A stretch of 64,000 bases of DNA from positions 205,651 to 269,650 of the forward strand of contig CAJUEA010000001.1 of assembly GCA_910584975.1 (NCBI GenBank), written 5' to 3'. Of the stretch, positions 40,555 through 50,435 are shown one piece after another; the stretch's first letter is position 1, and each line of letters opens with the position of its first letter. The notes below the pieces were generated by a model, which saw nothing but the letters and a program-made list of their open reading frames with translations, ran no database searches and was not told the origin of the DNA. Source of the stretch: an uncultured Christensenella sp. (GTDB lineage Bacteria; Bacillota; Clostridia; Christensenellales; UBA3700). Position numbers and translations under genes: made by a program.

Positions 40555-42198
40555 ATGGCAAAACAACTGAAAATAGCGTTTTTGGGTGGTGTTGGCGAAA
40601 TTGGCAAAAATATGACTGCTGTGGAATATGGCGACAATATTTTTATAATTGATTGCGGCTCAATGTTTCCCACAAACGATACTCCGGGAATTGACTTGGT
40701 AATTCCTGATTTTAATTATATTATAAAAAACAAAGACAAAGTGAGGGCAATTTTGCTTACTCACGGACACGAAGACCATATTGGAGGAATGCCGTATTTG
40801 CTTAAGGAATTGCCTGATGTGAAAGTTTATGGCTCAAAGCTTACTCTTGCACTTTTGCAGCACAAATTGAATGAGGCCAAAATCACAATGCCCAAATGCG
40901 TTTGCGTTGAGGGGGGCAGTGTGGAAAAAATAGGAGTTTTCTCCGTGGAATTTATCAAACAAAGTCACTCTATATCGGGGGCTTTCGCACTTGCAATTTC
41001 TACACCTATCGGCGTTATTTTTCATACAGGCGATTTCAAAATTGACTATACCCCAATTGATGGCGAGCGAGCAGATTTGTCAAGATTTGCAAGATTGGGT
41101 GATGAAGGTGTTTTGCTTATGCTTAGCGAAAGCACTAATATTGAAAAAAATGGCTATTCAATGAGTGAAAGTGCAGTTGGTGCAACAATAGATAAGCTTT
41201 TTGCAAACAATTTGGATTCAAGAATAATAATTGCAACTTTTGCAAGCAATGTGCACAGAATGCAACAGATTATTAATATCTGCGAAAAATATGGCAGAAA
41301 AGTTGTGTTTAATGGCAGAAGTATGCTTAAGGTAAGTGAACTTGCAAGGCAGATTGGCGAGCTTAACTACAAGCCAGGCACTGTGGTTGAGGCAGAACAA
41401 ATGGATAAATATCCTGCACGCAAAATTTGCATTATTTCCACAGGTTCACAAGGCGAGCCGATGAGTGCTTTAACACGAATGGCAAGTGGAGATGACAAAA
41501 TAATTGTTGGCAAAAACGATGTTATTATTTTGTCTTCTTCTCCAATTCCGGGCAATGAAAAATATGTCTACAACACAATTAACAATCTTTATCAAAGAGG
41601 CGCAAAAGTCATTTATGGCTCACTTGGCGATTTGCATGTGTCAGGTCACGCTTGCAAAGAGGAATTAAAACTTATGTTGTCTTTGATCAGACCAAAGTTT
41701 TTTATCCCTGTTCATGGTGAGTATAGGCATTTGAAACAGCATGAAGAACTTGCAATGTCACTAGGTGTTCCTCAAAAAAACATTAGCATTTGTGAAATTG
41801 GCTCTCAAATTGAAATCAAAAAGACAAAACTTGCAACTTGTGAGAGCATTACAGCAGGTAGCGTTTATGTTGACGGGTTGATGGATGTGGATGATATCGT
41901 TTTGCGTGACAGAACACAACTATCAAAAGATGGTTTTGTGGTATGTTTGCTTGGAGTTAGTTTGGAGTCAAATAGTCTTTCTGCACCACCAGATATTATT
42001 GCAAGAGGTTTGCAGTTTACAGATGAAATTTTGGAAGAGATAAAAGAGGCAATCTGCAAAATGTTTGAAGGCTTTTCTTATCATGGTAGCAATGACAGAG
42101 GTAGTTTGAAAGCATCAACAAGAAGAATAATAAACAATATTATCAAAGCAAGACTAAAACAACGCCCAATGATATTGCCTATTATTATGGAAATCTAG
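40555..42198 (+). CDS. rnj: ribonuclease J
   Basis: Start at ATG 40555 after GGAGAG. LTHGHEDHIGG metallo-beta-lactamase motif. Beta-CASP body. Confidence 0.92.
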   Translation: MAKQLKIAFLGGVGEIGKNMTAVEYGDNIFIIDCGSMFPTNDTPGIDLVIPDFNYIIKNKDKVRAILLTHGHEDHIGGMPYLLKELPDVKVYGSKLTLALLQHKLNEAKITMPKCVCVEGGSVEKIGVFSVEFIKQSHSISGAFALAISTPIGVIFHTGDFKIDYTPIDGERADLSRFARLGDEGVLLMLSESTNIEKNGYSMSESAVGATIDKLFANNLDSRIIIATFASNVHRMQQIINICEKYGRKVVFNGRSMLKVSELARQIGELNYKPGTVVEAEQMDKYPARKICIISTGSQGEPMSALTRMASGDDKIIVGKNDVIILSSSPIPGNEKYVYNTINNLYQRGAKVIYGSLGDLHVSGHACKEELKLMLSLIRPKFFIPVHGEYRHLKQHEELAMSLGVPQKNISICEIGSQIEIKKTKLATCESITAGSVYVDGLMDVDDIVLRDRTQLSKDGFVVCLLGVSLESNSLSAPPDIIARGLQFTDEILEEIKEAICKMFEGFSYHGSNDRGSLKASTRRIINNIIKARLKQRPMILPIIMEI

Positions 42199-42342
42199 TT
42201 TATTATTGTTTGAAAAGATGCAGTATTTTGTGCATAGTTAGAACAAAATAAAAAATTGCAAAATAAACTTTTCAATAAGTAGCGTTTGATTTTTGCAATA
42301 CGCAATATTAAAAATATCAAAGTTTTCCGTGTGGAGTTTTGT

Positions 42343-42945
42343 ATGAAAGAATTTAATAAAAAGTTTGAGGAAATAGAAAAGTCTGCACGAGAAAGATATA
42401 TTCCTGTTATACTGGATGACTCAAAAGAGGAACTCTTGCAGTTGGTGAAAGTTGTGCAGCCAAAACGCATTTTGGAAATTGGCACAGCAATAGGTTATAG
42501 TGGGTCGCTTATGTTACTTGAGTGTAAAGATGCAATTCTTGATACGATAGAATTGCTGGAAGAAAGACAGAAAGAGGCAGCTTTAAACTTTGAGATGTTT
42601 GGAGTGAAGGAAAGAGTAAACAGCTATCTTGGTGATGCAATGGAAGTTTTGCCAAAGGTAATCAAAAACAACACCTATGATTTGGTGTTTATTGACGGAC
42701 CAAAAAGCAAATATTTGGCATATTTAAATTTGGTTAAAAGCAACATTGCAAAAGGTGGCTATGTTTTTTGTGATAATGTGCTTTTTAGGGGTATGGTACA
42801 GAGTGGAAGAAAACCGCCTCATAAATTTAGAACACTTGTTGTCGGACTTAGAAAATTTTTGGAGAATATCAAAATTAATAGCGATTTTCGTGTGGAAATT
42901 AAGGAAAAAGGAGATGGCATTGCCATTATAAAAGTATTAAAATGA
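42343..42945 (+). CDS. class I SAM-dependent O-methyltransferase (YrrM/TrmR-like)
   Basis: ILEIGTAIGYS SAM motif and VFIDGPK motif. Followed by a U32 peptidase gene, as in B. subtilis yrrM-yrrN-yrrO. Confidence 0.72.
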   Translation: MKEFNKKFEEIEKSARERYIPVILDDSKEELLQLVKVVQPKRILEIGTAIGYSGSLMLLECKDAILDTIELLEERQKEAALNFEMFGVKERVNSYLGDAMEVLPKVIKNNTYDLVFIDGPKSKYLAYLNLVKSNIAKGGYVFCDNVLFRGMVQSGRKPPHKFRTLVVGLRKFLENIKINSDFRVEIKEKGDGIAIIKVLK

Positions 42946-44156
42946 TTGAATTGTTGGCACCTTGTGGAGATTTTAACAAATTGAAAACTGCACTGCATTT
43001 TGGTGCAGATGCTGTTTATGTTGGTGGCAACAATTATGGACTTAGAAAAGGTGCCAAAAACTTCAGCAACGACGGCTTGGCTGAGGCTGTGCAATATTGC
43101 CATGAGAGAGGTAAGAAATTGTATGTTACTTGCAATATTGTTGCACACAATAGAGATTTTGAAGGGCTTGAAGAATATTTGCAATATTTGGATAATATTG
43201 GTGTGGATGCTGTTATTGTTTCTGACCCGGGGATTATTGTTTTTTGCAAAAAAGTACTAAAAAAAACTCAAATACATTTGTCAACTCAAGCAAATGCCAC
43301 AAACAAATATTCAGTTAAGTTTTGGGCAGATTGTGGTGTAAGTCGAATTGTGCTTGCAAGAGAGCTAAGCGTTGAGGAAATAAAAGAAATTAAAGATTAC
43401 ATTGGGGATGTTGAACTTGAGGCATTTGTGCATGGAGCAATGTGCGTTTCTCATAGTGGAAGATGTCTGTTAAGCAACTTTTTGACACACAGAGATGGCA
43501 ATCATGGCGATTGTGTGCAGGCTTGCAGATGGGAATACGCCATTCACGAAGTTAACAATGACAACAAAAAGCTGATTTTGACAGAGGACGAGAAAGGCTC
43601 TTACATAATGAACAGCAAGGATTTGAATATGCTTGCAAATTTGAAAGATTTGATGGATGCAGGGGTTTGCTCTTTTAAGATTGAGGGTAGAATGAAATCG
43701 CAATATTATGTGGGAACTGTTATCAATGCATACAGAACAGCTATTGATTTGGTGCAAAAAGGTCAAGAAATGCCCGAATATTTGCAAAAAGAACTTGCAA
43801 AGACAGCACACAGAGATTACACCACAGGTTTTTATTATGGCGATAACAATACGATAAGCTATGATAACAATCAAACTGCGGGAGAATATGAGTTTATGGC
43901 TGAGGTTATCGGCTATGACAAGGCAAAAGGTGGCATTTGGGTGGAACAACGCAACAGATTTGCTATTGGTGATTGTTTGGAAATTTTGTCTGCTACTAGA
44001 GAATATCTTAATAAAAATATCATAATCGAGGTTATGGAAAATGTGGATGGAGAGGCTGTTGCTGATGCAAAGCTTGTGCAGCAAAAGCTGTTTATAAAAA
44101 CTGATTATCCACTTTCAAAACACGATATTTTGAGAAAAAAGGTGGTAAAATGTTAG
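42942..44156 (+). CDS. peptidase U32 family protein (TrhP-like)
   Basis: ELLAPCGDFNKLKTALHFGADAVYVGG N-terminus typical of U32. ATGA overlap with the methyltransferase. Confidence 0.82.
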   Translation: MIELLAPCGDFNKLKTALHFGADAVYVGGNNYGLRKGAKNFSNDGLAEAVQYCHERGKKLYVTCNIVAHNRDFEGLEEYLQYLDNIGVDAVIVSDPGIIVFCKKVLKKTQIHLSTQANATNKYSVKFWADCGVSRIVLARELSVEEIKEIKDYIGDVELEAFVHGAMCVSHSGRCLLSNFLTHRDGNHGDCVQACRWEYAIHEVNNDNKKLILTEDEKGSYIMNSKDLNMLANLKDLMDAGVCSFKIEGRMKSQYYVGTVINAYRTAIDLVQKGQEMPEYLQKELAKTAHRDYTTGFYYGDNNTISYDNNQTAGEYEFMAEVIGYDKAKGGIWVEQRNRFAIGDCLEILSATREYLNKNIIIEVMENVDGEAVADAKLVQQKLFIKTDYPLSKHDILRKKVVKC

Positions 44157-45448
44157 AAAAAAAGTGCATTTTATTGTTGTATGGCGAGGGAAGATATGAT
44201 TCCAGTATGATGGCCGTGAAAGAATATATCGAATCTTGTGGAAACGCTTATGTTGTTGCAATAAGCGATAAGGAATTGTACCCATTTTTTAGGTACAAGT
44301 TTGCATTTTATTCATACAGATTTTTAAGCAGAGGTTGTGCGTGGCTTAACAATTTGCATTTAAGTTTTAATACATTTTGGAATAGAGTGAATGTGAATAA
44401 AAGCAAAAAGCAATGCAAGGAAATGATCGCACCTAATGGTGGGTTGAAAGGACTTGCATACAACTGGACTGAACAATACAGAAGGATTAGAAATATTCTT
44501 TTGCGCTACAATCCTGAGGTTGTTGTTTGCAGTACTCCAAAACTATTGCGTGATGCAGCAAAGGCTTGTGATAAGGCTAAACTTAAAAACATTGATATTT
44601 GTGCACTTGTCACAGACTATTGCTTGGATGCAAGATTTGTAAATTTTAAGACAAATAAATATTTTGTTCAAAACAATGATGTTAAGGAAAGGCTCGTATC
44701 TTTAGGGATAGAAGAGGAGAAAATAGATGTTATTGGCACTCCACTTTCCAAGCAAAGCAAAGAGACTTTTGACAAGGGGCAAGTGCTTGAGGAACTTGGC
44801 ATTAACAATGACAAAATGAACATTGTCATTGTGGGGGGAAGATATGGTCAATCTGCTGTGAGAAATGTGTTTACAAGTCTTGCAGAATTGGAAAATGACA
44901 TCAATATCATTGTGCTTAGTGGTGGAAACAACGGCTTGATTAAGTATTGCGAATTGATAACCAAAAACCGTAAGATAGAGGATAAAGTTAAGCTGATTGA
45001 AGGTATTGATAAGTTTGCAAAACTTTATAGCGTTGCAGATATTTTGATAACTTCTCCAACAGCATCAATAACTTATGAGGCGATGTATCACAACAAAAAT
45101 CTTATTTTGTGCAATGGTGGAGATGCACTGGAAAACAGAAATTCGCATTATCTTGCAACAAATCAACTTGCACTTTTGGGCAGAAATAATGATGAGTTGA
45201 TTGCAAGTATATCCAAAATTATGTCAGATGTGGAGTTTGCAAATGATATGATGTATGCACAAAATGAATTTGTAATTCCTGATTGCGACAAGGTTATGGG
45301 CGATATTATTTTGAAACTTGCCGAAAAAAATCGAAATGACAAACTTGAGGAAAAACAACAAGTTAAAAATGCAGGGCTGAAAGAACTTGAAAATCTTGAG
45401 GCAGAAGAGGTTGACACTCATATTGTTGAGGAGGATAAAAATGATTAA
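44150..45448 (+). CDS. glycosyltransferase (MGDG-synthase/UgtP-like, divergent)
   Basis: 432 aa. C-terminal GT-B-like segment (IVGGRYG...LSGGNN...ITSPTASITYEA). N-terminal motif is degenerate. Confidence 0.5.
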   Translation: MLEKKCILLLYGEGRYDSSMMAVKEYIESCGNAYVVAISDKELYPFFRYKFAFYSYRFLSRGCAWLNNLHLSFNTFWNRVNVNKSKKQCKEMIAPNGGLKGLAYNWTEQYRRIRNILLRYNPEVVVCSTPKLLRDAAKACDKAKLKNIDICALVTDYCLDARFVNFKTNKYFVQNNDVKERLVSLGIEEEKIDVIGTPLSKQSKETFDKGQVLEELGINNDKMNIVIVGGRYGQSAVRNVFTSLAELENDINIIVLSGGNNGLIKYCELITKNRKIEDKVKLIEGIDKFAKLYSVADILITSPTASITYEAMYHNKNLILCNGGDALENRNSHYLATNQLALLGRNNDELIASISKIMSDVEFANDMMYAQNEFVIPDCDKVMGDIILKLAEKNRNDKLEEKQQVKNAGLKELENLEAEEVDTHIVEEDKND

Positions 45449-45728
45449 GCATATAGTGATGTATAAATTAAAAAATCCAACAGAGGAAAATTGCAAAGCA
45501 ATGGTGGATAAATTTATGTCTATGCAAGGCAAAATTGACATTTTAAAATCCGTTGTTGCAGGCACTGATTTTGTAAAAAGCTCAAGAAGTTTTGATGTTG
45601 TGCTTGAATGTGTGTTTGGAAGCAGGCAGGATATGGAGGCATATCAAGTGCACCCTGTACATATTCCTGTAAAAGAGTTTGTTGGAAGTTTGATTGAAAA
45701 AGCACATTCAGTTGATTACGAATTTTGA
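45441..45728 (+). CDS. Dabb (stress-responsive A/B barrel) domain protein
   Basis: MIKHIVMYKLK N-terminus and HPVH motif. Start at ATG 45441, overlapping the upstream gene. Confidence 0.75.
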   Translation: MIKHIVMYKLKNPTEENCKAMVDKFMSMQGKIDILKSVVAGTDFVKSSRSFDVVLECVFGSRQDMEAYQVHPVHIPVKEFVGSLIEKAHSVDYEF

Positions 45729-45808
45729 TTTGCAAATGCTATTCAAAAATTTGTGATATTTTGTTTGAGATTAATAAAAAATAGATTAAATGTAAATGAG
45801 GAGTATAT

Positions 45809-46312
45809 ATGATTAAAGCAACAATTAATTTGGAAAATGGCAAAAAAATCAATTTAAATCTTGATGAGGAGTGTGCACCTATTTCAACTGCAAATTTTGT
45901 TAAACTTGCAAAAGCAAATCACTATAATGGTTTGATTTTTCACAGAATAATACCGAACTTTATGTGTCAAGGTGGTGGAATGACTGTGGATATGCAGCAA
46001 AAGGACAATTTGACACCAATCAAAGGCGAGTTTTTGTCAAATGGCGTAAAAAATATGCGCAAACATAAGGCAGGCACAATCAGTATGGCAAGAACAATGT
46101 TCAAGGATAGTGCAACATCTCAATTTTTCATTTGTTCGGTTGATACTCCGTTTTTGGATGGCGAATATGCAGCTTTTGGTGAAGTTGCAGACAAGGATAG
46201 TATGCAAGTTGTGTTGGATATGAGTGTTGTCAAAACTCATTCTGTGGGTTATTTTGACGATGTTCCTGTTGAACCAATAATAATAAAAAATGTGGAAATC
46301 GTGGAGGAATAA
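45809..46312 (+). CDS. ppiB: cyclophilin-type peptidyl-prolyl isomerase
   Basis: FHRIIPNFMCQGG motif. Confidence 0.9.
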   Translation: MIKATINLENGKKINLNLDEECAPISTANFVKLAKANHYNGLIFHRIIPNFMCQGGGMTVDMQQKDNLTPIKGEFLSNGVKNMRKHKAGTISMARTMFKDSATSQFFICSVDTPFLDGEYAAFGEVADKDSMQVVLDMSVVKTHSVGYFDDVPVEPIIIKNVEIVEE

Positions 46313-46318
46313 ATATAT

Positions 46319-47710
46319 ATGGCAAGAATGACACTAAAGGAATTGGGGGAAAGATACAAAGATTTAGGTGGTCAAAAGGTTGAAATAAGTGGTTGGGTGC
46401 GAACAATCCGTGACAGCAAGAATTTTGCTTTCATCGAGCTTAACGATGGCAGCAGATTTAAGACGACTCAAATTGTTGCAGACAGCGACATTACTGACTA
46501 TAAAGCTTTGGTAAGCCAAAATGTTGGTGCTGGTATCAGCGTTGTGGGAACTGTGGTTTTGACTCCTGAAAACAAACAACCTTTTGAAATCAAGGCAGAA
46601 AGTTTTGTGGTGGAAGCAACAAGCACACCAACTTACCCGTTGCAAAAGAAAAGACATTCAATTGAGTTTTTGCGTGAGATTGGACATCTTCGTCCAAGAA
46701 CAAATCTTATGCTAGCAACTTTCAAAATAAGATCTGTTGCTGCACAAGCAATACATAGCTTTTTTGCTCAAAAAGGTTTTGTTTATGTCAACACTCCTTT
46801 AATCACAGGTAGCGATTGCGAGGGGGCAGGTGAGATGTTTAAAGTTACAACGCTTGATTTGGATAATCTTCCAAAAACGGCTGATGGCAAAATTGACTAT
46901 TCAAAAGACTTTTTTGGCAAGCCTGTAAGCTTGACTGTTAGTGGACAATTAAATGCTGAGTGCTATGCTTTGGCTTTTGGTAGTGTTTACACTTTTGGTC
47001 CAACTTTCCGCGCAGAAAAAAGCTACACAGCTCGCCACGCAGCAGAGTTTTGGATGATTGAGCCGGAAATTGCTTTTGCCGACTTGCACGACGATATGGC
47101 TGTTGCTGAGGCAATGATAAAGTATGTTATCAATGATGTTTTGGAAAAGTGCCCTGAGGAAATGGAGTTTTTGAACTCATTTGTGGATAAAGATTTGCTA
47201 AACAGACTTACAAAACTTGTAAACAGCGAGTTTAAAGAAGTTACTTACACAGAGGCAGTTGAAATTTTGATGAAACATAACGACCAATTCCAATTTAAGG
47301 TTGAGTGGGGTGCAGATTTGCAAACTGAGCATGAAAGATTTTTGACAGAGCAAATCTTCAACGGACCAATTTTTGTAACAAACTATCCAAAAGATATCAA
47401 AGCATTTTATATGAGAATGAATGAGGACAACAAGACAGTTGCGGCTGTGGATATGCTTGTTCCGGGTGTTGGTGAAATCATTGGTGGTTCTCAAAGAGAG
47501 GAGAGGTTTGACCTTCTTGTAAATCGTATTAAGGAATTAGGTTTGAGAGAGGAAGACTATTCTTGGTATCTTGACCTAAGAAGATTTGGTGGTGTAAAAC
47601 ACTCTGGTTTTGGTTTGGGATTTGAAAGATTGATTATGTACCTAACAGGCGTAAGCAATATTCGTGATGTAATTCCTTTCCCTAGAACAACTGGTTCTTG
47701 CGAGTTTTAA
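46319..47710 (+). CDS. asnS: asparagine--tRNA ligase
   Basis: 463 aa. Class IIb synthetase motifs ([19 protein letters not shown]). Confidence 0.92.
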   Translation: MARMTLKELGERYKDLGGQKVEISGWVRTIRDSKNFAFIELNDGSRFKTTQIVADSDITDYKALVSQNVGAGISVVGTVVLTPENKQPFEIKAESFVVEATSTPTYPLQKKRHSIEFLREIGHLRPRTNLMLATFKIRSVAAQAIHSFFAQKGFVYVNTPLITGSDCEGAGEMFKVTTLDLDNLPKTADGKIDYSKDFFGKPVSLTVSGQLNAECYALAFGSVYTFGPTFRAEKSYTARHAAEFWMIEPEIAFADLHDDMAVAEAMIKYVINDVLEKCPEEMEFLNSFVDKDLLNRLTKLVNSEFKEVTYTEAVEILMKHNDQFQFKVEWGADLQTEHERFLTEQIFNGPIFVTNYPKDIKAFYMRMNEDNKTVAAVDMLVPGVGEIIGGSQREERFDLLVNRIKELGLREEDYSWYLDLRRFGGVKHSGFGLGFERLIMYLTGVSNIRDVIPFPRTTGSCEF

Positions 47711-47801
47711 TAGGTGCTACAAATTTAAATATTAATTGGGAGTGTGATAGCAGTTTTTGTTAAATTGACAAAGAGTGCTATTGCCATTTTAAGGAGGAAA
47801 T

Positions 47802-50237
47802 ATGAGTGAATTGAACAAGCATTTGCTGATTGACATAAAGGATAGTGCAAACAATAATTGCAAGATTTTTGGTGCTGTTCGCATTTCTGTTTTAACAAGC
47901 AAAATGATTAGGGTAGAGGTCAGTGAAAGTGGAAATTTCAATGACTTGCCAACTCAAAAAGTTTGGCACAGAGCTTTTGATATTGTGCAATATGACATTG
48001 CAGATATGGGCAAGAACATAGAAGTTAAAACAGCAAGCATAACTGCCAAAATTAGCAAAGACGGCAAACTGAAAAGTGTGCTTTTGCAAGATGGAAGAAA
48101 TGTCACAAATTTTGAGTCCGGAAATTTGAAAGGCACTTGCAGAACACTTGACGGAACTATTGGTGCTGTTAAACTTGAAGATGGTGTGATATCAAAAAAT
48201 GGTGTGGCAATTTTGGATGATAGTGATTCTTTGGTTTTTGATAATCAAGGCAAATTAAGTGAAAAAACAGCCAAAAATCGGGACTATTACATTTTTGCCT
48301 ATGGATATGACTATCGTCAAGCGATTATAGATTTGTACAAATTGACAGGCGAAACACCACTTTTGCCACGCTATGTGCTGGGCAATTGGTGGAGCAGATA
48401 TCGTGCATATACTCAACAAGAATATTTGAAGGTAATGGATGATTTTACCCAAAAAAATATTCCTATTACAGTTGCAACAGTGGATATGGATTGGCACCTT
48501 GTAAATGATATTGATAAAAAGTATAGGACAGGTAGCATTTATCCTTGGGAGTCAACAGGTTGGACTGGCTACACTTGGAATGAAAAGTTGTTTCCTGACT
48601 ACAAACAATTTTTGAAAGATTTGCACAATAGAAATTTGCGTGTAACCTTAAACTTGCACCCTGCACGAGGAGTCAGAGGCTTTGAGGTAATGTATAAGGA
48701 AATGGCTGAGGCAGTTGGTGTCGACTACACCAAGGAAGAGCCAGTTGAATTTGATTTGACAAACGAAAAGTTTGTCAACAGCTATTTTGATATTTTGCAT
48801 CATCCATATGAAAAGGACGGAGTGGATTTTTGGTGGATAGACTGGCAACAAGGCAAAAAAAGTCAAATGCAAGGGCTCGATCCACTTTATGCTTTAAACC
48901 ATTATCACACTTTGGATAACTCTAGAGACAATAAAAGAGGAGTTATTTTGTCAAGATATGCAGGCGTGGGAAGCCACAGATATCCTTTAGGCTTTTCAGG
49001 TGATACAAACACAAGTTGGGAATGTTTGAAGTTTCAGCCGTATTTTACGGCAAACGCAACAAATTGTGGATACTCTTGGTGGAGTCATGATATAGGCGGA
49101 CATCATTTTGGGGTTAAAGATGATGAGCTGTATTGCAGATGGATTCAGTTTGGTGTATTTTCGCCAATCATGCGTTTGCACTCCACTCAAAATGATATAA
49201 TGGGCAAGGAACCTTGGAATTATTCAGGTATTACAGAGGAAATTGCAAGCAGATATATGCGTTTGAGACATTCTTTAATTCCATATTTATACACAATGAA
49301 TATGCGTACTCACAAAGAAGGCATTGCTTTGATTGAGCCTGTTTATTATGACTATCCAACAGACGAAAGGGCATACAAGTGCAAAAATAATTATATGTTT
49401 GGCAGCAATCTGCTTGCTGCACCTGTCACTGAAAAAACAGACAAAAGAACATTGACTGCACCAAGTCAAGTTTTCTTGCCAAAGGGAATTTGGACGGATA
49501 TTTTTACAGGTAAAGAATATATTGGGGACAATATTTTTGAGGTTAACAGAAATTTGGGAGATATGCCTGTTTTTGCAAAACAAGGCGCAATTATTCCTCT
49601 TGCAGAAAATTGTGGTGTTTTGAATAACTGCGAAAATCCTAAAATTTTAAGACTATTGGTGTTTAAGGGTAATGGCGATTTTACCTTATATGAGGATGAC
49701 GGCGAGAGCTTAGATTACAAAAAAGGCGTTTGTGCTCAAAGGAAATTTGCCGTAAGTAAAACGGAGCAGGATTTGACATTTGAAATCAATCCTGTAAATG
49801 GGGATTTATCTGTTTGCACACAAAGAAAATTTATTGTCGATTTTAAAAATATTGAAAGTTGCGATAAAATTGTGGCATTGCTAAATGATAAGCCAGTTGA
49901 TATCACTGCTTTGTACACTGCAAATTCGGCAAGCAATGTAAACTTGACAAATAATTGTTTGGAGTGTGAAATAAACTTGAAACCAACAGATAGTTTTGTT
50001 GTAAAACTTTGCAATTACAAACAAAAAAGCACGGGCAGTTTGAATGAAAACATCGTTAGAATTTTTGCAAAATATCAGTTTAAAAATACAACAAAATCTC
50101 TAATATACAACAATTTTAAAATGGTAGAAACAAAACAAGACTTGCAAAAAAGTCTTTCAAAACTTGCAACCTCAATCATTCACAAAAGATTATATTCTTG
50201 GTTAAAAGAACTGCTTTATATGTCCTTTGACGACTAA
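47802..50237 (+). CDS. glycoside hydrolase family 31 protein
   Basis: 811 aa. VDFWWIDWQQG and WSHDIGGH catalytic-region motifs. Confidence 0.78.
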   Translation: MSELNKHLLIDIKDSANNNCKIFGAVRISVLTSKMIRVEVSESGNFNDLPTQKVWHRAFDIVQYDIADMGKNIEVKTASITAKISKDGKLKSVLLQDGRNVTNFESGNLKGTCRTLDGTIGAVKLEDGVISKNGVAILDDSDSLVFDNQGKLSEKTAKNRDYYIFAYGYDYRQAIIDLYKLTGETPLLPRYVLGNWWSRYRAYTQQEYLKVMDDFTQKNIPITVATVDMDWHLVNDIDKKYRTGSIYPWESTGWTGYTWNEKLFPDYKQFLKDLHNRNLRVTLNLHPARGVRGFEVMYKEMAEAVGVDYTKEEPVEFDLTNEKFVNSYFDILHHPYEKDGVDFWWIDWQQGKKSQMQGLDPLYALNHYHTLDNSRDNKRGVILSRYAGVGSHRYPLGFSGDTNTSWECLKFQPYFTANATNCGYSWWSHDIGGHHFGVKDDELYCRWIQFGVFSPIMRLHSTQNDIMGKEPWNYSGITEEIASRYMRLRHSLIPYLYTMNMRTHKEGIALIEPVYYDYPTDERAYKCKNNYMFGSNLLAAPVTEKTDKRTLTAPSQVFLPKGIWTDIFTGKEYIGDNIFEVNRNLGDMPVFAKQGAIIPLAENCGVLNNCENPKILRLLVFKGNGDFTLYEDDGESLDYKKGVCAQRKFAVSKTEQDLTFEINPVNGDLSVCTQRKFIVDFKNIESCDKIVALLNDKPVDITALYTANSASNVNLTNNCLECEINLKPTDSFVVKLCNYKQKSTGSLNENIVRIFAKYQFKNTTKSLIYNNFKMVETKQDLQKSLSKLATSIIHKRLYSWLKELLYMSFDD

Positions 50238-50357
50238 TAATATTGTTGTGCAATATCTTTAAATTGAGTTTTTTATATTGCAATTATATTGTTTGATTTT
50301 TCTTGTTATAAAATAATGATAACTTTTAAAATATTTAAAAAAAATTAATAAACACTA

Positions 50358-50386
50358 TTGATATTGAAAAATTATTGTGATATAAT
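50358..50386 (+). promoter_or_regulatory. sigma-A-type promoter of the fucI operon
   Basis: TTGATA, 17 nt, TGaTATAAT. Confidence 0.6.
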
Positions 50387-50387
50387 G

Positions 50388-50414
50388 AATGTGCAACATT
50401 GATTGTTGCACATT
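50388..50414 (+). promoter_or_regulatory. perfect 11-bp inverted repeat (candidate operator)
   Basis: aatgtgcaaca-ttgat-tgttgcacatt, immediately downstream of the -10 box. Confidence 0.55.
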
Positions 50415-50435
50415 ATATTTTTTTGGAGATATATT

